Part shown: positions 1 to 7,950 of the stretch, piece by piece
How the letters are laid out: each line of letters opens with the position of its first letter
Numbering within the stretch: the stretch's first letter is position 1
NCBI GenBank assembly: GCA_019323575.1
Contig: JAHWHB010000013.1
Span: 1-38,465, forward strand
Direction of reading: 5' to 3'
Source of the DNA: Candidatus Woesearchaeota archaeon
GTDB lineage: Archaea; Nanobdellota; Nanobdellia; Woesearchaeales; ARS49
Length of the DNA: 38,465 nucleotides
Notes under the pieces: generated by a model
Database searches by the model: none
Told to the model about the DNA's origin: nothing
The model's input: the letters and a program-made list of their open reading frames with translations, nothing else
Position numbers and translations under genes: made by a program

Positions 1-254
1 GGGTTCCCGGGAAACTGAGGAAAGTCTGCCCACCATTAAAAGGCGACTCGGAGAAATCTGAGATTCAGTAATGGATGGCTCCATCACAGAAACGGACCTT
101 GCATGAGGAGGATGATGCGTGACTCCCGTGGTGACACGGGCATACGCGTTGACGCTCTCATGCGATTGGATGAAACGGATAGCCCTCGTTGGTGCAAGCA
201 CAGAACGTGCGCTAAGTAGAATGCCCTGAACGCCTGTCCCGGCGGTTAAAACCC
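1..254 (+). ncRNA. rnpB: RNase P RNA (archaeal), apparently complete at the window start
   Basis: Universal CR-I motif GAGGAAAGTC at 17-26. ACAGAA motifs at 86-91 and 200-205, the second followed by CGTGCGCTAAG (CR-V-like). The termini can pair as P1: 1-5 GGGTT with 250-254 AACCC, and 7-11 CCGGG with 238-242 CCCGG. No credible ORF. Confidence 0.8.
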
Positions 255-322
255 GTCACCAGTGTGTTATCATTGGTTTTGGAGGCGTACAAAAGGTAGC
301 TTATGCTTACCCAACCCTTACC

Positions 323-330
323 TTTATATA
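323..330 (+). promoter_or_regulatory. TATA box (TTTATATA) for the sec61beta-nac unit
   Basis: TTTATATA lies 23 nt upstream of the ATG at 353. The same spacing recurs at most first genes in this window and implies leaderless or near-leaderless mRNAs. Confidence 0.6.
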
Positions 331-352
331 CAAACACCAAATTCCAAGGAAC

Positions 353-526
353 ATGGCTCAGGAAAAATCTCGTATGCCGATGTCGACTGCTGGTATTACT
401 TCTTATTTTGAGGAGTATAAGAGCAAGATCGAGTTCAAGCCTGGTCATATCATTATTTTCTCTGTTATCGTTGTTTTGATTGTTATTGCTTTGCACATTT
501 GGGGTTCTTCGTTTTTGGGACTATGA
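353..526 (+). CDS. Preprotein translocase subunit Sec61beta (57 aa; absent from the supplied ORF track because it is short)
   Basis: My translation is MAQEKSRMPMSTAGITSYFEEYKSKIEFKPGHIIIFSVIVVLIVIALHIWGSSFLGL. It has the archaeal Sec61beta pattern (S-x-AG-x-x-x-Y-x-E ... KI..KP followed by one C-terminal TM helix). Its stop overlaps the next ATG (ATGA at 523-526). Confidence 0.8.
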   Translation: MAQEKSRMPMSTAGITSYFEEYKSKIEFKPGHIIIFSVIVVLIVIALHIWGSSFLGL

Positions 527-855
527 AACTTAATCCTCGTGACTTGCAGAAGGCGATGCAGCGTTTTGGTATTCAGCAGCAGGAGGTTGATGCCCAAGAA
601 GTCATTATTCGATGTTCTGACAAGGATATTGTTATAGAAAAGCCTCAGGTTGCCAAGGTTAATATGATGGGCCAGGATACTTGGCAGATTTCTGGTAATG
701 CTGTTGAGAAGCCTCGTTCTTCTGAGCCTGAGATTAAGGAGGAGGATATCCAGACCGTTATGCAGCAGGCCAATGTTTCTAAGGAAAAGGCTTTGGAAGC
801 CATTAAATCAGCTAATGGTGATTTAGCCCAGGCAATACTGAATTTACAATCTTAA
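523..855 (+). CDS. nac: Nascent polypeptide-associated complex protein (NAC domain plus C-terminal UBA-like domain)
   Basis: MKLNPRDLQKAMQRFGIQ...VIIRCSDKDIVIEKPQVAKVNMMGQDTWQISG is a NAC domain. The C-terminal EEDIQTVMQQANVSKEKALEAIKSANGDLAQAI is UBA-like. I take the ATG at 523 as the start, not the upstream TTG at 499. Confidence 0.9.
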   Translation: MKLNPRDLQKAMQRFGIQQQEVDAQEVIIRCSDKDIVIEKPQVAKVNMMGQDTWQISGNAVEKPRSSEPEIKEEDIQTVMQQANVSKEKALEAIKSANGDLAQAILNLQS

Positions 856-953
856 AGTAACAACTTATATTCTGTAGTATATACTTTTTGCATACCCTTT
901 ATATATGTGGCTTTCTTTTCTTTGGGATTGCGCGCACGAAATGACCGTAGTGA

Positions 954-1442
954 GTGGACATTTCTTGCCGTGTTCAAATAATGAGTCCGGAAGAATCATT
1001 GCAGCTTGCGCAACAGGAATTAAAGCGGGCGGATCATAGTATCTCTGTTAGTTTGAAGTATACTCGTACTGTTGATGTCATTAAGAGTATTATTGAGCGT
1101 TTGATTAATACTGTTGGTTTTTGTTTGGATGCTTTGGTTGCTCATGCCAAAACTCAAAAGAAGATTTCTGAGGCTTCTGCTCTGCCTAAGGTTAAGGTTG
1201 AGCAGGTTCGTATGCTGTATGCTCATGACCAGAACATTCTTGATTTTTGTGATTTTTATTTGAAATTGCGTGTTATTGACAAGGCGAAGTTTAGTCGTGC
1301 GCAGGAGTACAGGCGTCATGTTACTATGACTGCTCATCTGGATGATGGTGATTTTGACATCACCATTGATATCATTTCAGATTACTTCGAGCGTGCTAAG
1401 GAATTTTTGAACTACGTTTCTAGGTTGATCCAGGGTGAATAA
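954..1442 (+). CDS. Hypothetical alpha-helical cytoplasmic protein, first gene of a three-gene overlapping unit
   Basis: The ORF uses the + strand codon dialect (NNT/NNG). The start is uncertain (GTG 954 or ATG 981). TATA CTTTATATAT at 897-906. Its stop overlaps the next gene's GTG start by 8 nt. I recognise no family. Confidence 0.55.
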   Translation: MDISCRVQIMSPEESLQLAQQELKRADHSISVSLKYTRTVDVIKSIIERLINTVGFCLDALVAHAKTQKKISEASALPKVKVEQVRMLYAHDQNILDFCDFYLKLRVIDKAKFSRAQEYRRHVTMTAHLDDGDFDITIDIISDYFERAKEFLNYVSRLIQGE

Positions 1443-2151
1443 GGTTTTTCTGGTTTCGGGGAATGCAGGGCAGGGCAAGACTACGATAGCCAAGAATCTT
1501 GCTGTTGCGTTGAGGGGTTTTGGTTTTGACGTTTTGCTTGTTGATTCTGATTTGAGGACTCCTAGGCTTGGTCATCATGTTGGCACCCCTCTTGCCGGCA
1601 GGACTATTCAGGAGGTTTTGCTTGGTGTAAGAAAATTGGAGGATGCTGTTTATTGTTGTCCTTCTGGCTTGAAGTTGTTGTTGAGCAGTATTGGTGCTGT
1701 TGATGTTCCTCATCCTTCTGTTTTGCTGCCTAAGCTTAAGGCTATTGCTGATGTTATTATTGTTGATGTTCCGACGTTTGACAAAAAGTGGTATGATACC
1801 GGTTGTGATTTGTTGCTTGTCACTCATTCTGATTTTCCTAGTGTTTTGGACATAAAGAAGCTTTCAAAGTTCGGCAAAGTGCATGGAATTGTTGTCAATC
1901 AGTTTCATGATGATGGTTTGGGGCTTTCTGGAATTAATATTGAGAAGTTGATTTCTTTGCCTGTTTTTGGTGTTGTTCCTTATGAGCCTTGTTTTAGGGA
2001 GGCTTTGCATCATGGTTATTCTCTTGTTGAGTTTCATCCTGATTTGAGTGCTGCTGTTGTTTTGAAGCAGATTGCCGCAAAACTTATGAACTTGGAGTAT
2101 TCTTCTCCTGTTCAGCCTGCCTCTTTGTTGGCTAAGCTTGGTTTGAAATGA
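1435..2151 (+). CDS. ParA/MinD-superfamily P-loop ATPase with BY-kinase-like (CapB/Wzc-type) Walker motifs
   Basis: Walker A is VSGNAGQGKTT, which lacks the MinD signature Lys of GKGGxGKT. Walker A' is VLLVDSDLRTP (DxDLRxP, as in BY-kinases). Walker B is VIIVDVPT. There is no C-terminal Tyr cluster. Confidence 0.7.
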   Translation: MNKVFLVSGNAGQGKTTIAKNLAVALRGFGFDVLLVDSDLRTPRLGHHVGTPLAGRTIQEVLLGVRKLEDAVYCCPSGLKLLLSSIGAVDVPHPSVLLPKLKAIADVIIVDVPTFDKKWYDTGCDLLLVTHSDFPSVLDIKKLSKFGKVHGIVVNQFHDDGLGLSGINIEKLISLPVFGVVPYEPCFREALHHGYSLVEFHPDLSAAVVLKQIAAKLMNLEYSSPVQPASLLAKLGLK

Positions 2152-2630
2152 AACACGTTCATAAAGAATGGTCGCCGGAAATGGCGGCTAAGACAGAGAA
2201 GATTTTTGCTGCTGCTGAGAAGAAGAAGCCTTCTTGGATTATGACAGTTGATGTTGCGTTATTCTGGGTTTTGCTTTTGATGGCTATTCTTGCTAATTTT
2301 ATTTTATCTGTTGTTCTTGTCCCTTTTTTGCTTATTTTGAAGGGTTGGACTTTGTATTTTTCTTTGTTTTTTGTTGCTGCTAGTTTTGGTTTTGTGTTTA
2401 CTTTTATTTTGCATAGTCTTGAGAAGGTTGAGAAGCAGAGGCATGTTGTTGCTTCTGTGTTTATTCCCTGTCTTGCTTTGATTAACGTTGGTATTTTTGC
2501 TGTGCTTTCCAACAAGCTGATTATTTTGTTGAAGCTCGCTACCCCGCCTCATAATCCTTTGCTTGTTGGTGCTGTTTATGTTTTGGGTTATGTTTTGCCT
2601 AGTTCTGTTTTTCATCTTAGGAAGAAGTGA
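2148..2630 (+). CDS. Hypothetical integral membrane protein (about 4 TM helices)
   Basis: ATGA start/stop overlap with the ATPase gene. A cytoplasmic Lys-rich N-terminus is followed by four hydrophobic segments. Codon dialect fits the + strand. Confidence 0.6.
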   Translation: MKHVHKEWSPEMAAKTEKIFAAAEKKKPSWIMTVDVALFWVLLLMAILANFILSVVLVPFLLILKGWTLYFSLFFVAASFGFVFTFILHSLEKVEKQRHVVASVFIPCLALINVGIFAVLSNKLIILLKLATPPHNPLLVGAVYVLGYVLPSSVFHLRKK

Positions 2631-2632
2631 AG

Positions 2633-2704
2633 GGCGACTGCCGGGAGTTGAACCCGGTCCAGAGGAGTCACAGTCCTCTACGCTACCGTTACGCCACAGC
2701 CGCC
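2633..2704 (-). tRNA. tRNA-His (GUG) with genomically encoded G-1
   Basis: The reverse complement folds as a cloverleaf. Acceptor GCGGCTG/CAGTCGC with an extra 5' G opposite discriminator C73. Anticodon arm GAGGA-CTGTGAC-TCCTC. T arm CCGGG-TTCAACT-CCCGG. TATA (ATTTATAA on the minus strand) at 2731-2738. Confidence 0.9.
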
Positions 2705-2756
2705 ATATGAGTGTGGGCAATATTCATAACTTATAAATCTAACTCTGACCGTAATC

Positions 2757-2764
2757 TTTATAAA
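2757..2764 (+). promoter_or_regulatory. TATA box for the S13 operon
   Basis: TTTATAAA lies about 87 nt upstream of the rps13 ATG. This is one of the few genes here with a long 5' leader. Confidence 0.45.
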
Positions 2765-2850
2765 CCACCCCCTTTCCCTTCGTATATCGCCCGAGTTCGA
2801 AAGAGCGAGTGTTAGGGTGGAATGATTCTTCATTCTACCAAAAATCAAAA

Positions 2851-3324
2851 ATGGCAGAATTTAAACACCTTGTTCGTATCGCGAACACAGACCTTGATGG
2901 CAAGAAAGCAATAGTTTATGCTATGAAGCACATTAAGGGTGTTAGTGTTCCTCTTGCTCATGCTGTTTGCAAGCTTGCTAATGTGAATGAGTTTGAGAAG
3001 TGCGGTAATCTTTCTGATGATGTTATCAAAAAGCTTGATGAGATTGTCAGGACTCTTGACAAGCAGCCCTTGCCTTCTTGGCTGTTTAATAGAAGAAAGG
3101 ATCTTGAGACTGGTGAGAATAAGCATTTTGTTACTAATGATTTGATTTTCAACAAGGAGAATGATATTAAGTTGATGAAGAGGATTAAGTGTTATAGGGG
3201 TGTTCGTCATTCTCAGAATGCTCCTGTGCGCGGTCAGCGTACTCGTAGCAATTTCAGAGCTAACAAGGGCAAGGTTATGGGCGTTAAGACCTCGGGTAAG
3301 AAGGGCGGCCCATCGGGTGGTTAA
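2851..3324 (+). CDS. rps13: 30S ribosomal protein S13 (uS13)
   Basis: MAEFKHLVRIANTDLDGKK...YRGVRHSQNAPVRGQRTRSN is the typical uS13 signature. I prefer the ATG at 2851 over the upstream ORF start at 2809. Confidence 0.95.
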   Translation: MAEFKHLVRIANTDLDGKKAIVYAMKHIKGVSVPLAHAVCKLANVNEFEKCGNLSDDVIKKLDEIVRTLDKQPLPSWLFNRRKDLETGENKHFVTNDLIFNKENDIKLMKRIKCYRGVRHSQNAPVRGQRTRSNFRANKGKVMGVKTSGKKGGPSGG

Positions 3325-3981
3325 ATGGGAGATCCAAGAAGGTTTAGGAACCAGTATTCTCGCCCAAGGCATCCTTGGCAGCTTGCGCGTATTGAAGAGG
3401 AGCGATTGCTTGTTAAAGAGTATGGTTTGAAGACCAAGCGAGAGTTGTGGAAGGTTGATAGTAAACTGAAATCTTTTGCAGAGCAGGCTAAGCGTTTGAC
3501 TGCTTTGCGTACTGAGCAGGCAGAGCTTGAGAAGAAGCAGTTGTTGGAGCGTTTGAACCGTCTTGGCTTGTTGCCTGTTGGCGCTGGCTTGGATGACGTT
3601 CTTGGTTTGAATGTTAAGAATTTGCTTGAGCGTCGTTTGCAGACTCTTGTTTTCAAGAAGGGTTTTGCGAGAAGTCCTAGGCAGGCTCGTCAGTTTATTT
3701 CTCACAGGCATGTTTTGATTGGAAACAAGCAGATGAGTGCTCCTGGTTATCTTGTTCCTGCTGCTGATGAAGAGAGTATTTCTATTGTTGCTACCAGCTC
3801 TTTGTCAAATCCTGAGCATCCTGAGAGAGTTAGGGTTGTTAAGGAAGTTCCTGCAGAGCCTGAACCGGCTCCTGAGAAAAAGCCAAAAGCGCCTAAAAAG
3901 GAAGTGAAAAAGAAGGCTCCTGAGAAAGAAGTGAAAAAGAAGGTTCCTGAAAAAGAGCCTGTGAAGGGTGAGGCGAAATGA
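3325..3981 (+). CDS. rps4: 30S ribosomal protein S4 (uS4) with a Lys/Pro/Glu-rich C-terminal extension
   Basis: [18 protein letters not shown]...[28 protein letters not shown] contains the S4 domain. The last ~45 aa are low-complexity [43 protein letters not shown]. Confidence 0.95.
   Translation: MGDPRRFRNQYSRPRHPWQLARIEEERLLVKEYGLKTKRELWKVDSKLKSFAEQAKRLTALRTEQAELEKKQLLERLNRLGLLPVGAGLDDVLGLNVKNLLERRLQTLVFKKGFARSPRQARQFISHRHVLIGNKQMSAPGYLVPAADEESISIVATSSLSNPEHPERVRVVKEVPAEPEPAPEKKPKAPKKEVKKKAPEKEVKKKVPEKEPVKGEAK
3901..3954 (+). repeat. Tandem 27-bp duplication inside the rps4 3' end
   Basis: GAAGTGAAAAAGAAGGCTCCTGAGAAA (3901-3927) is followed by GAAGTGAAAAAGAAGGTTCCTGAAAAA (3928-3954), with 2 mismatches. 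It encodes [18 protein letters not shown]. Confidence 0.9.
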
Positions 3982-4370
3982 GCGAGATCAGATGGGGTGT
4001 GGCTCACATTTATGCTTCTTATAATGACACGATTATTCACATTACTGATATTACGGGTACAGAAACGCTTGCTATGGCTAGCGGTGGTATGATGGTTAAG
4101 GCTTCTCGTCTTGAGAGCTCGCCTACTGCTGCTATGATGGCTGCTAAGCGTGCTGCTGAGACTGCTATGGATAAGGGTGTTATGGGTGTTCATGTTAAGG
4201 TTAAGGCTCCTGGCGGTCATAACGGTCCTCATTCTCCTGGCCCTGGTGCTCAGGCCGCTATCCGAGCTATGAGCAGGATGGGTTTGAAGATTGGAATCAT
4301 TGAAGATGTTACGCCGGTTCCGCACGGCGGTTGTCGTAAGAAAGGTGGAAAGCGGGGAAGGAGAGTATGA
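3978..4370 (+). CDS. rps11: 30S ribosomal protein S11 (uS11)
   Basis: [27 protein letters not shown]...[37 protein letters not shown] overlap with rps4. Confidence 0.95.
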   Translation: MSEIRWGVAHIYASYNDTIIHITDITGTETLAMASGGMMVKASRLESSPTAAMMAAKRAAETAMDKGVMGVHVKVKAPGGHNGPHSPGPGAQAAIRAMSRMGLKIGIIEDVTPVPHGGCRKKGGKRGRRV

Positions 4371-5131
4371 TTGAGTTGTTGAAAAAGGATAAGAAGACTG
4401 GAAAGGTTACTTTTGTTTTGAAGAACTCTACTCCGGCTCTTGCTAATGCTTTGCGTCGTGCTATGATGGAAGCTGTTCCTACTATGGCTGTTGATAGTGT
4501 TGAGTTTGTTCAGAATGATGGTGTTTTGTATGACGAGATGGTTGCTCACCGTCTTGGTCTTATTCCTTTGACTACTGATTTGAAGGGTTATGATGTTAGA
4601 AAGCCTGGTGACGAGTTGAGCGCTAAGAACTCTGTTAAGTTGACTTTGAAGGCAAAGGGTCCTTGCACTGTTTATGCAGAGGATCTTAAGAGTAAGGATC
4701 CTAAGATTAAGCCTGTGCATCCCAAGATTCCTATTGCTAAATTGTTGAAGGGGCAGGAGATTGAGCTTATGGCTACTGCTGTTTTGGGTGTTGGCAAGGA
4801 GCATGTTAAGTTTTCTCCCTGTCTTGCTTGGTACACTTACAAGCCTAAGGTTACTGTTAATAACAATCATAAGGATTTTGAAAAGTTCAGGGAGAAATAT
4901 CCTCCTCAGGTTTTCAGCAATGGCAAGATTGATGCCAAGCTGATTGAACAGCATAATTTGTTTGAGGCCTGTGAGGGTGTTAATGATGATATTGTCAAGA
5001 TTGAGTATGATCCTGAAACGTTCATATTTAACATAGAGCCGTGGGGACAGCTTTCCCCGGCTGAGATTTTGGCCTGTGCTGCTGACCACTTATCAAACTT
5101 GTGTGACGATTTTGTCAGCAAGCTCCCCTGA
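4367..5131 (+). CDS. rpoD: DNA-directed RNA polymerase subunit D (Rpo3)
   Basis: [53 protein letters not shown] is the RpoD/Rpb3 dimerisation domain. The position after S13-S4-S11 is the conserved archaeal order. Confidence 0.9.
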   Translation: MIELLKKDKKTGKVTFVLKNSTPALANALRRAMMEAVPTMAVDSVEFVQNDGVLYDEMVAHRLGLIPLTTDLKGYDVRKPGDELSAKNSVKLTLKAKGPCTVYAEDLKSKDPKIKPVHPKIPIAKLLKGQEIELMATAVLGVGKEHVKFSPCLAWYTYKPKVTVNNNHKDFEKFREKYPPQVFSNGKIDAKLIEQHNLFEACEGVNDDIVKIEYDPETFIFNIEPWGQLSPAEILACAADHLSNLCDDFVSKLP

Positions 5132-5132
5132 T

Positions 5133-5218
5133 GCGGGGGTGGCAGAGCTTGGTCAAATGCGCCAGCTTGAGGGGCTGGTTCCTTAGTGGATGCGAGGGTT
5201 CAAATCCCTTCCCCCGCA
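5133..5218 (+). tRNA. tRNA-Leu (GAG), long variable arm
   Basis: Acceptor GCGGGGG/CCCCCGC plus discriminator A. Anticodon arm CCAGC-TTGAGGG-GCTGG. Long variable arm. T loop TTCAAAT. It starts 2 nt after the rpoD stop. Confidence 0.9.
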
Positions 5219-5223
5219 TGGAA

Positions 5224-5280
5224 GCTTCGGGGATCGAGAAGGGGCTGGGAGTTAAGGCCCCTTCGGTATGACTGCGAAGC
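5224..5280 (+). other. Nested stem-loop RNA element between tRNA-Leu and rpl18e
   Basis: Outer stem GCTTCG (5224-5229) / CGAAGC (5275-5280). Inner perfect 8-bp stem GAAGGGGC (5238-5245) / GCCCCTTC (5257-5264) with an 11-nt loop. The asymmetric internal loop contains GA and TGA. Function unknown. Confidence 0.35.
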
Positions 5281-5304
5281 CAAAAATAAAAAATCAGAGT
5301 AAAA

Positions 5305-5667
5305 ATGAAAAGAACAGGTCCGACAAACCCGGTATTGAAGGAGCTCATTCAGAGCTTGAGGAAGGAAAGCACTAGCTCCAAGGCCGCTCTTTGGGACCGT
5401 GTTGCTGATGATTTGGAAAAGTCTACAAGGCAGAGGCGTGTTGTTAATGTGAGCTGCATTTCCCGTTTTACAAAGCCTAATGAGACTGTGATTGTTCCAG
5501 GCAAGGTTTTGGGTTCTGGTGCTGTTGCTCATAGTGTTGTTGTTGCTGCTTTGTCTTTCAGCCAGGGTGCGCGTGAGCGTATTGAGGAGGCTAAGGGTAA
5601 GGCTATCACGATTGAACAGTTATTGAAGCAGAAGCCTAAGGCTAGAGATCTTAGGTTGTTGGGATAA
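5305..5667 (+). CDS. rpl18e: 50S ribosomal protein L18e
   Basis: MKRTGPTNPVLKELIQSLRK...VNVSCISRFTKPNETVIVPGKVLGSG matches L18e, and its position before L13-S9 is conserved. Confidence 0.9.
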   Translation: MKRTGPTNPVLKELIQSLRKESTSSKAALWDRVADDLEKSTRQRRVVNVSCISRFTKPNETVIVPGKVLGSGAVAHSVVVAALSFSQGARERIEEAKGKAITIEQLLKQKPKARDLRLLG

Positions 5668-5669
5668 AC

Positions 5670-6095
5670 ATGGCAGAGATAAATATTGATGCAACTAATG
5701 CGATTGTTGGTCGTTTGGCTACTTATGTTGCCAAGCAGGCTTTGCTTGGTAATTCTGTTAATATTTTTAATTGTGAAAGTGCTGTGATTAGTGGAAAGTT
5801 TTCTTTTGTTCGTCATAAATGGTATCTTCGCTTTTTTGATTTGGGAAGGCCTGAAAAGGGTCCTTTTAGAAGCAGGATGCCTGATCGTTTTGTCAGGAGA
5901 AGTATTCGTGGCATGCTGGATTACAAGCATGAGCGCGGCCGTTCTGCTTTTGAGCGGGTTATGTGTTATATTGGTGTTCCTGAGAAGTTTAAGGACAAAA
6001 AACTTATTAAAGTTTCAAAGGAGGCAAAATCTTTGCCAAGTCATTATTACGTTAAGGTTGGCGATCTTTGTAAGTCTCTTGGAGGAAAGGTATGA
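5670..6095 (+). CDS. rpl13: 50S ribosomal protein L13 (uL13)
   Basis: IDATNAIVGRLATYVAKQALLG...RMPDRFVRRSIRGMLDYK. Confidence 0.95.
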   Translation: MAEINIDATNAIVGRLATYVAKQALLGNSVNIFNCESAVISGKFSFVRHKWYLRFFDLGRPEKGPFRSRMPDRFVRRSIRGMLDYKHERGRSAFERVMCYIGVPEKFKDKKLIKVSKEAKSLPSHYYVKVGDLCKSLGGKV

Positions 6096-6487
6096 AAGTC
6101 ATTCATGAAGTTGGGACTCGTAAAACTGCTGTTGCTCGTGCTACTTTGACTGCTGGCGCGGGTGTTGTTAGGGTTAACAGTCGTTTGTTTTCAACTTTGC
6201 CGAATAACATGTTCCGTGCCAAGATTGAGGAGGCTTTGTTGCTTGCAGGTGATAGCGCCAAGAAGGTTAACATTAGTGTTAATGTTTGTGGCGGCGGTGT
6301 TAACAGCCAGGCAGAGGCTGCTCGTCTTGCTATTGCCAAGGTTTTGGCTGGTTTTGATAAGAAGTTGCGTTCAAAATATTTGGATTATGATCGTGCATTT
6401 ACTGTTGCTGACGTTCGCAGGAAGGAGGCAAGCAAGCCTAACTGTCATGGTCAGGCGCGTGCTAAGCGTCAGAAGTCGTATCGTTAA
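6092..6487 (+). CDS. rps9: 30S ribosomal protein S9 (uS9)
   Basis: GTRKTAVARATL...GGGVNSQAEAARLAIAKVL...ARAKRQKSYR is the typical C-terminus. ATGA overlap with rpl13. Confidence 0.95.
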   Translation: MKVIHEVGTRKTAVARATLTAGAGVVRVNSRLFSTLPNNMFRAKIEEALLLAGDSAKKVNISVNVCGGGVNSQAEAARLAIAKVLAGFDKKLRSKYLDYDRAFTVADVRRKEASKPNCHGQARAKRQKSYR

Positions 6488-6503
6488 GGAGGAAACTAAA
6501 AAA

Positions 6504-6701
6504 ATGATTATTCCAGTTCGTTGTTGGACGTGTGGAAAGCCGGTTGCTCAGTTGTGGGAGGAGTATGACGAGCGTGTCAAGAAGGGCGAGAACAAGAAGG
6601 ATGTTTTGGACGAGCTTGGTCTTGAGCGCTATTGCTGCCGTGCAATGTTCTTGAGCCACGTTGATTTGATTGATACTGTTGCTCAGTTTAAGAAGACGTG
6701 A
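6504..6701 (+). CDS. rpoN: DNA-directed RNA polymerase subunit N (Rpo10), 65 aa
   Basis: MIIPVRCWTCGKPVAQLWEEY...LERYCCRAMFLSHVDL contains the zinc motif CxxC...CC. A Shine-Dalgarno-like AAGGAGG lies at 6487-6493. The supplied ORF 6162..6701 is an artefactual upstream extension into rps9. Confidence 0.95.
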   Translation: MIIPVRCWTCGKPVAQLWEEYDERVKKGENKKDVLDELGLERYCCRAMFLSHVDLIDTVAQFKKT

Positions 6702-7252
6702 TGTTTGTTATTGAGCACCTGGAACCAAAACTTTTCAAATGGTGTTTTCTTGAGTATTTGCATATTTCTTCTTTTGTTGGTAAGGAGAATCTTTTTTTTA
6801 CCAACATTAAGAGCGAGAAACTAAAGAAGTATGGCAAAGTTGAGGAGAAAAGTGTTAGAGAGCTTCATTTTGAGAATGCTTGTGTTCTTGATCCTGAGGC
6901 AGAGGAGACTTTGACTCCTGAGATCGCAAAAAAATTCAATTATTTCATTTTTGGTGGTATTCTTGGTGATGACCCTCCTAAATTGCGTACTAAGGTTGAG
7001 CTTACGAAGTTTTTGCCTTATCCTGCGTTTAATCTTGGCAAGGCTCAGATGTCTACTGATACTGCTGTTATTGTTACTAAGCTCATTGTTGACGGCAAAA
7101 AACTCTCAGAGCTTGAGTTTCAGGATGGTGTTGATATTCCTATTGCAGAGGGCGAAGAGGTTCACTTGCCTTACAAGTATCTTTTAGTTGGCAATAAGCC
7201 TTTGCTTGCCCCTGGTATTGTTGATATGCTTAAGAAGCAGAAGAGTTTCTAA
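6701..7252 (+). CDS. SPOUT-family methyltransferase, DUF431 (yeast Sfm1-like)
   Basis: MFVIEHLEP..W..LEY at the N-terminus, then CVLDPEAE, FIFGGILGDDPPKLRT and AQMSTDTAV. These match the DUF431/Sfm1 pattern as I remember it. The start overlaps the rpoN stop (TGATG). Confidence 0.7.
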   Translation: MFVIEHLEPKLFKWCFLEYLHISSFVGKENLFFTNIKSEKLKKYGKVEEKSVRELHFENACVLDPEAEETLTPEIAKKFNYFIFGGILGDDPPKLRTKVELTKFLPYPAFNLGKAQMSTDTAVIVTKLIVDGKKLSELEFQDGVDIPIAEGEEVHLPYKYLLVGNKPLLAPGIVDMLKKQKSF

Positions 7253-7950
7253 GCAATCATTCTGAATCTTTCTTGAAGAGTGGTATTTGCAGGACAGAAC
7301 CCCTGTTTCTTCCATAAAAGATATTTTGTGAAACTTGCTTGATTATTCATTCCGATAAGTTGTATCCACTTTTCAAGCATATTAACACCGCGTATAGTAA
7401 TAACTGCTGCAGGTTTTTCCCATTCATAACTTGGTTTGTGGATATTAAAAGTTGCTCGAATTTCTAGTTTTGTAAGTAATTTGTGAATTTGGCGTATTAA
7501 TTCAAACGATCTGGAAGAAAGGAATATTCTTGGGTAAGTGTGATGTTCTTTCTTGAATTGTGAAGCAGTGCCCTTTCTTTTGCTAAAATTAAGACAACCA
7601 TCGCCGTCAAAAAATCCTCTGATAAAACTTGTCCATATTTCAGGATTGTTGCTTTTTATTATTTTTTCAGGTATTTTTACGGTATATGTCTTTTTGCCTG
7701 CATTAAAACCAAGTTTATTGAATGTTTTTATTACTTTTTTATCACATATATAGAAACCATAAACCGAATTGCTTCTTTTTTCATGGCATCTTGGTGTTAT
7801 TTTGAATTCTTTTTTGAATAATTTAGTTAAAACTTGGTCGTAATATGCTCTGTCTTCAGTAATGTTGCCCCAAATACAAAGGTGGGCCTTCTGTATGGAC
7901 CCGTCTGCAGCGAAAATGCCCGCTATTTCAGCCAGCTCTTTTGAAATCAT
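7249..7950 (-). CDS. Free-standing LAGLIDADG homing endonuclease-like protein (two motifs, monomeric type)
   Basis: Motif 1 is LAEIAGIFAADGSI and motif 2 is FIRGFFDGDGCL, about 100 aa apart. I prefer the ATG at 7950 (TATA-like GTTTAAAAG at 7972-7980, 22-30 nt upstream); the track ORF starts at GTG 7992. It is not embedded in any host gene, so it is neither an intein nor intron-encoded. Confidence 0.8.
   Translation of the reverse strand: MISKELAEIAGIFAADGSIQKAHLCIWGNITEDRAYYDQVLTKLFKKEFKITPRCHEKRSNSVYGFYICDKKVIKTFNKLGFNAGKKTYTVKIPEKIIKSNNPEIWTSFIRGFFDGDGCLNFSKRKGTASQFKKEHHTYPRIFLSSRSFELIRQIHKLLTKLEIRATFNIHKPSYEWEKPAAVITIRGVNMLEKWIQLIGMNNQASFTKYLLWKKQGFCPANTTLQERFRMIA

Noticed and set aside
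212-496. 94-aa minus-strand ORF at the start of the window
   Set aside because: It overlaps the 3' part of the RNase P RNA and lies antisense to the well-supported Sec61beta gene. Its Asn/Arg-rich low-complexity translation is typical of the bias-driven antisense ORFs.
2845-3711. 288-aa minus-strand ORF, and nested ORFs, across rps13 and rps4
   Set aside because: It is antisense to two unmistakable ribosomal protein genes. The Q/L/S/T/N/K-rich low-complexity translation arises because T, and therefore stop codons, are depleted on the minus strand.
4250-5089. 279-aa minus-strand ORF
   Set aside because: It is antisense to rps11 and rpoD, has the same compositional artefact, and shows no recognisable motifs.
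5115-5532. 77-aa and 110-aa minus-strand ORFs over tRNA-Leu and rpl18e
   Set aside because: They overlap a canonical tRNA gene and a ribosomal protein gene and have no supporting signals.
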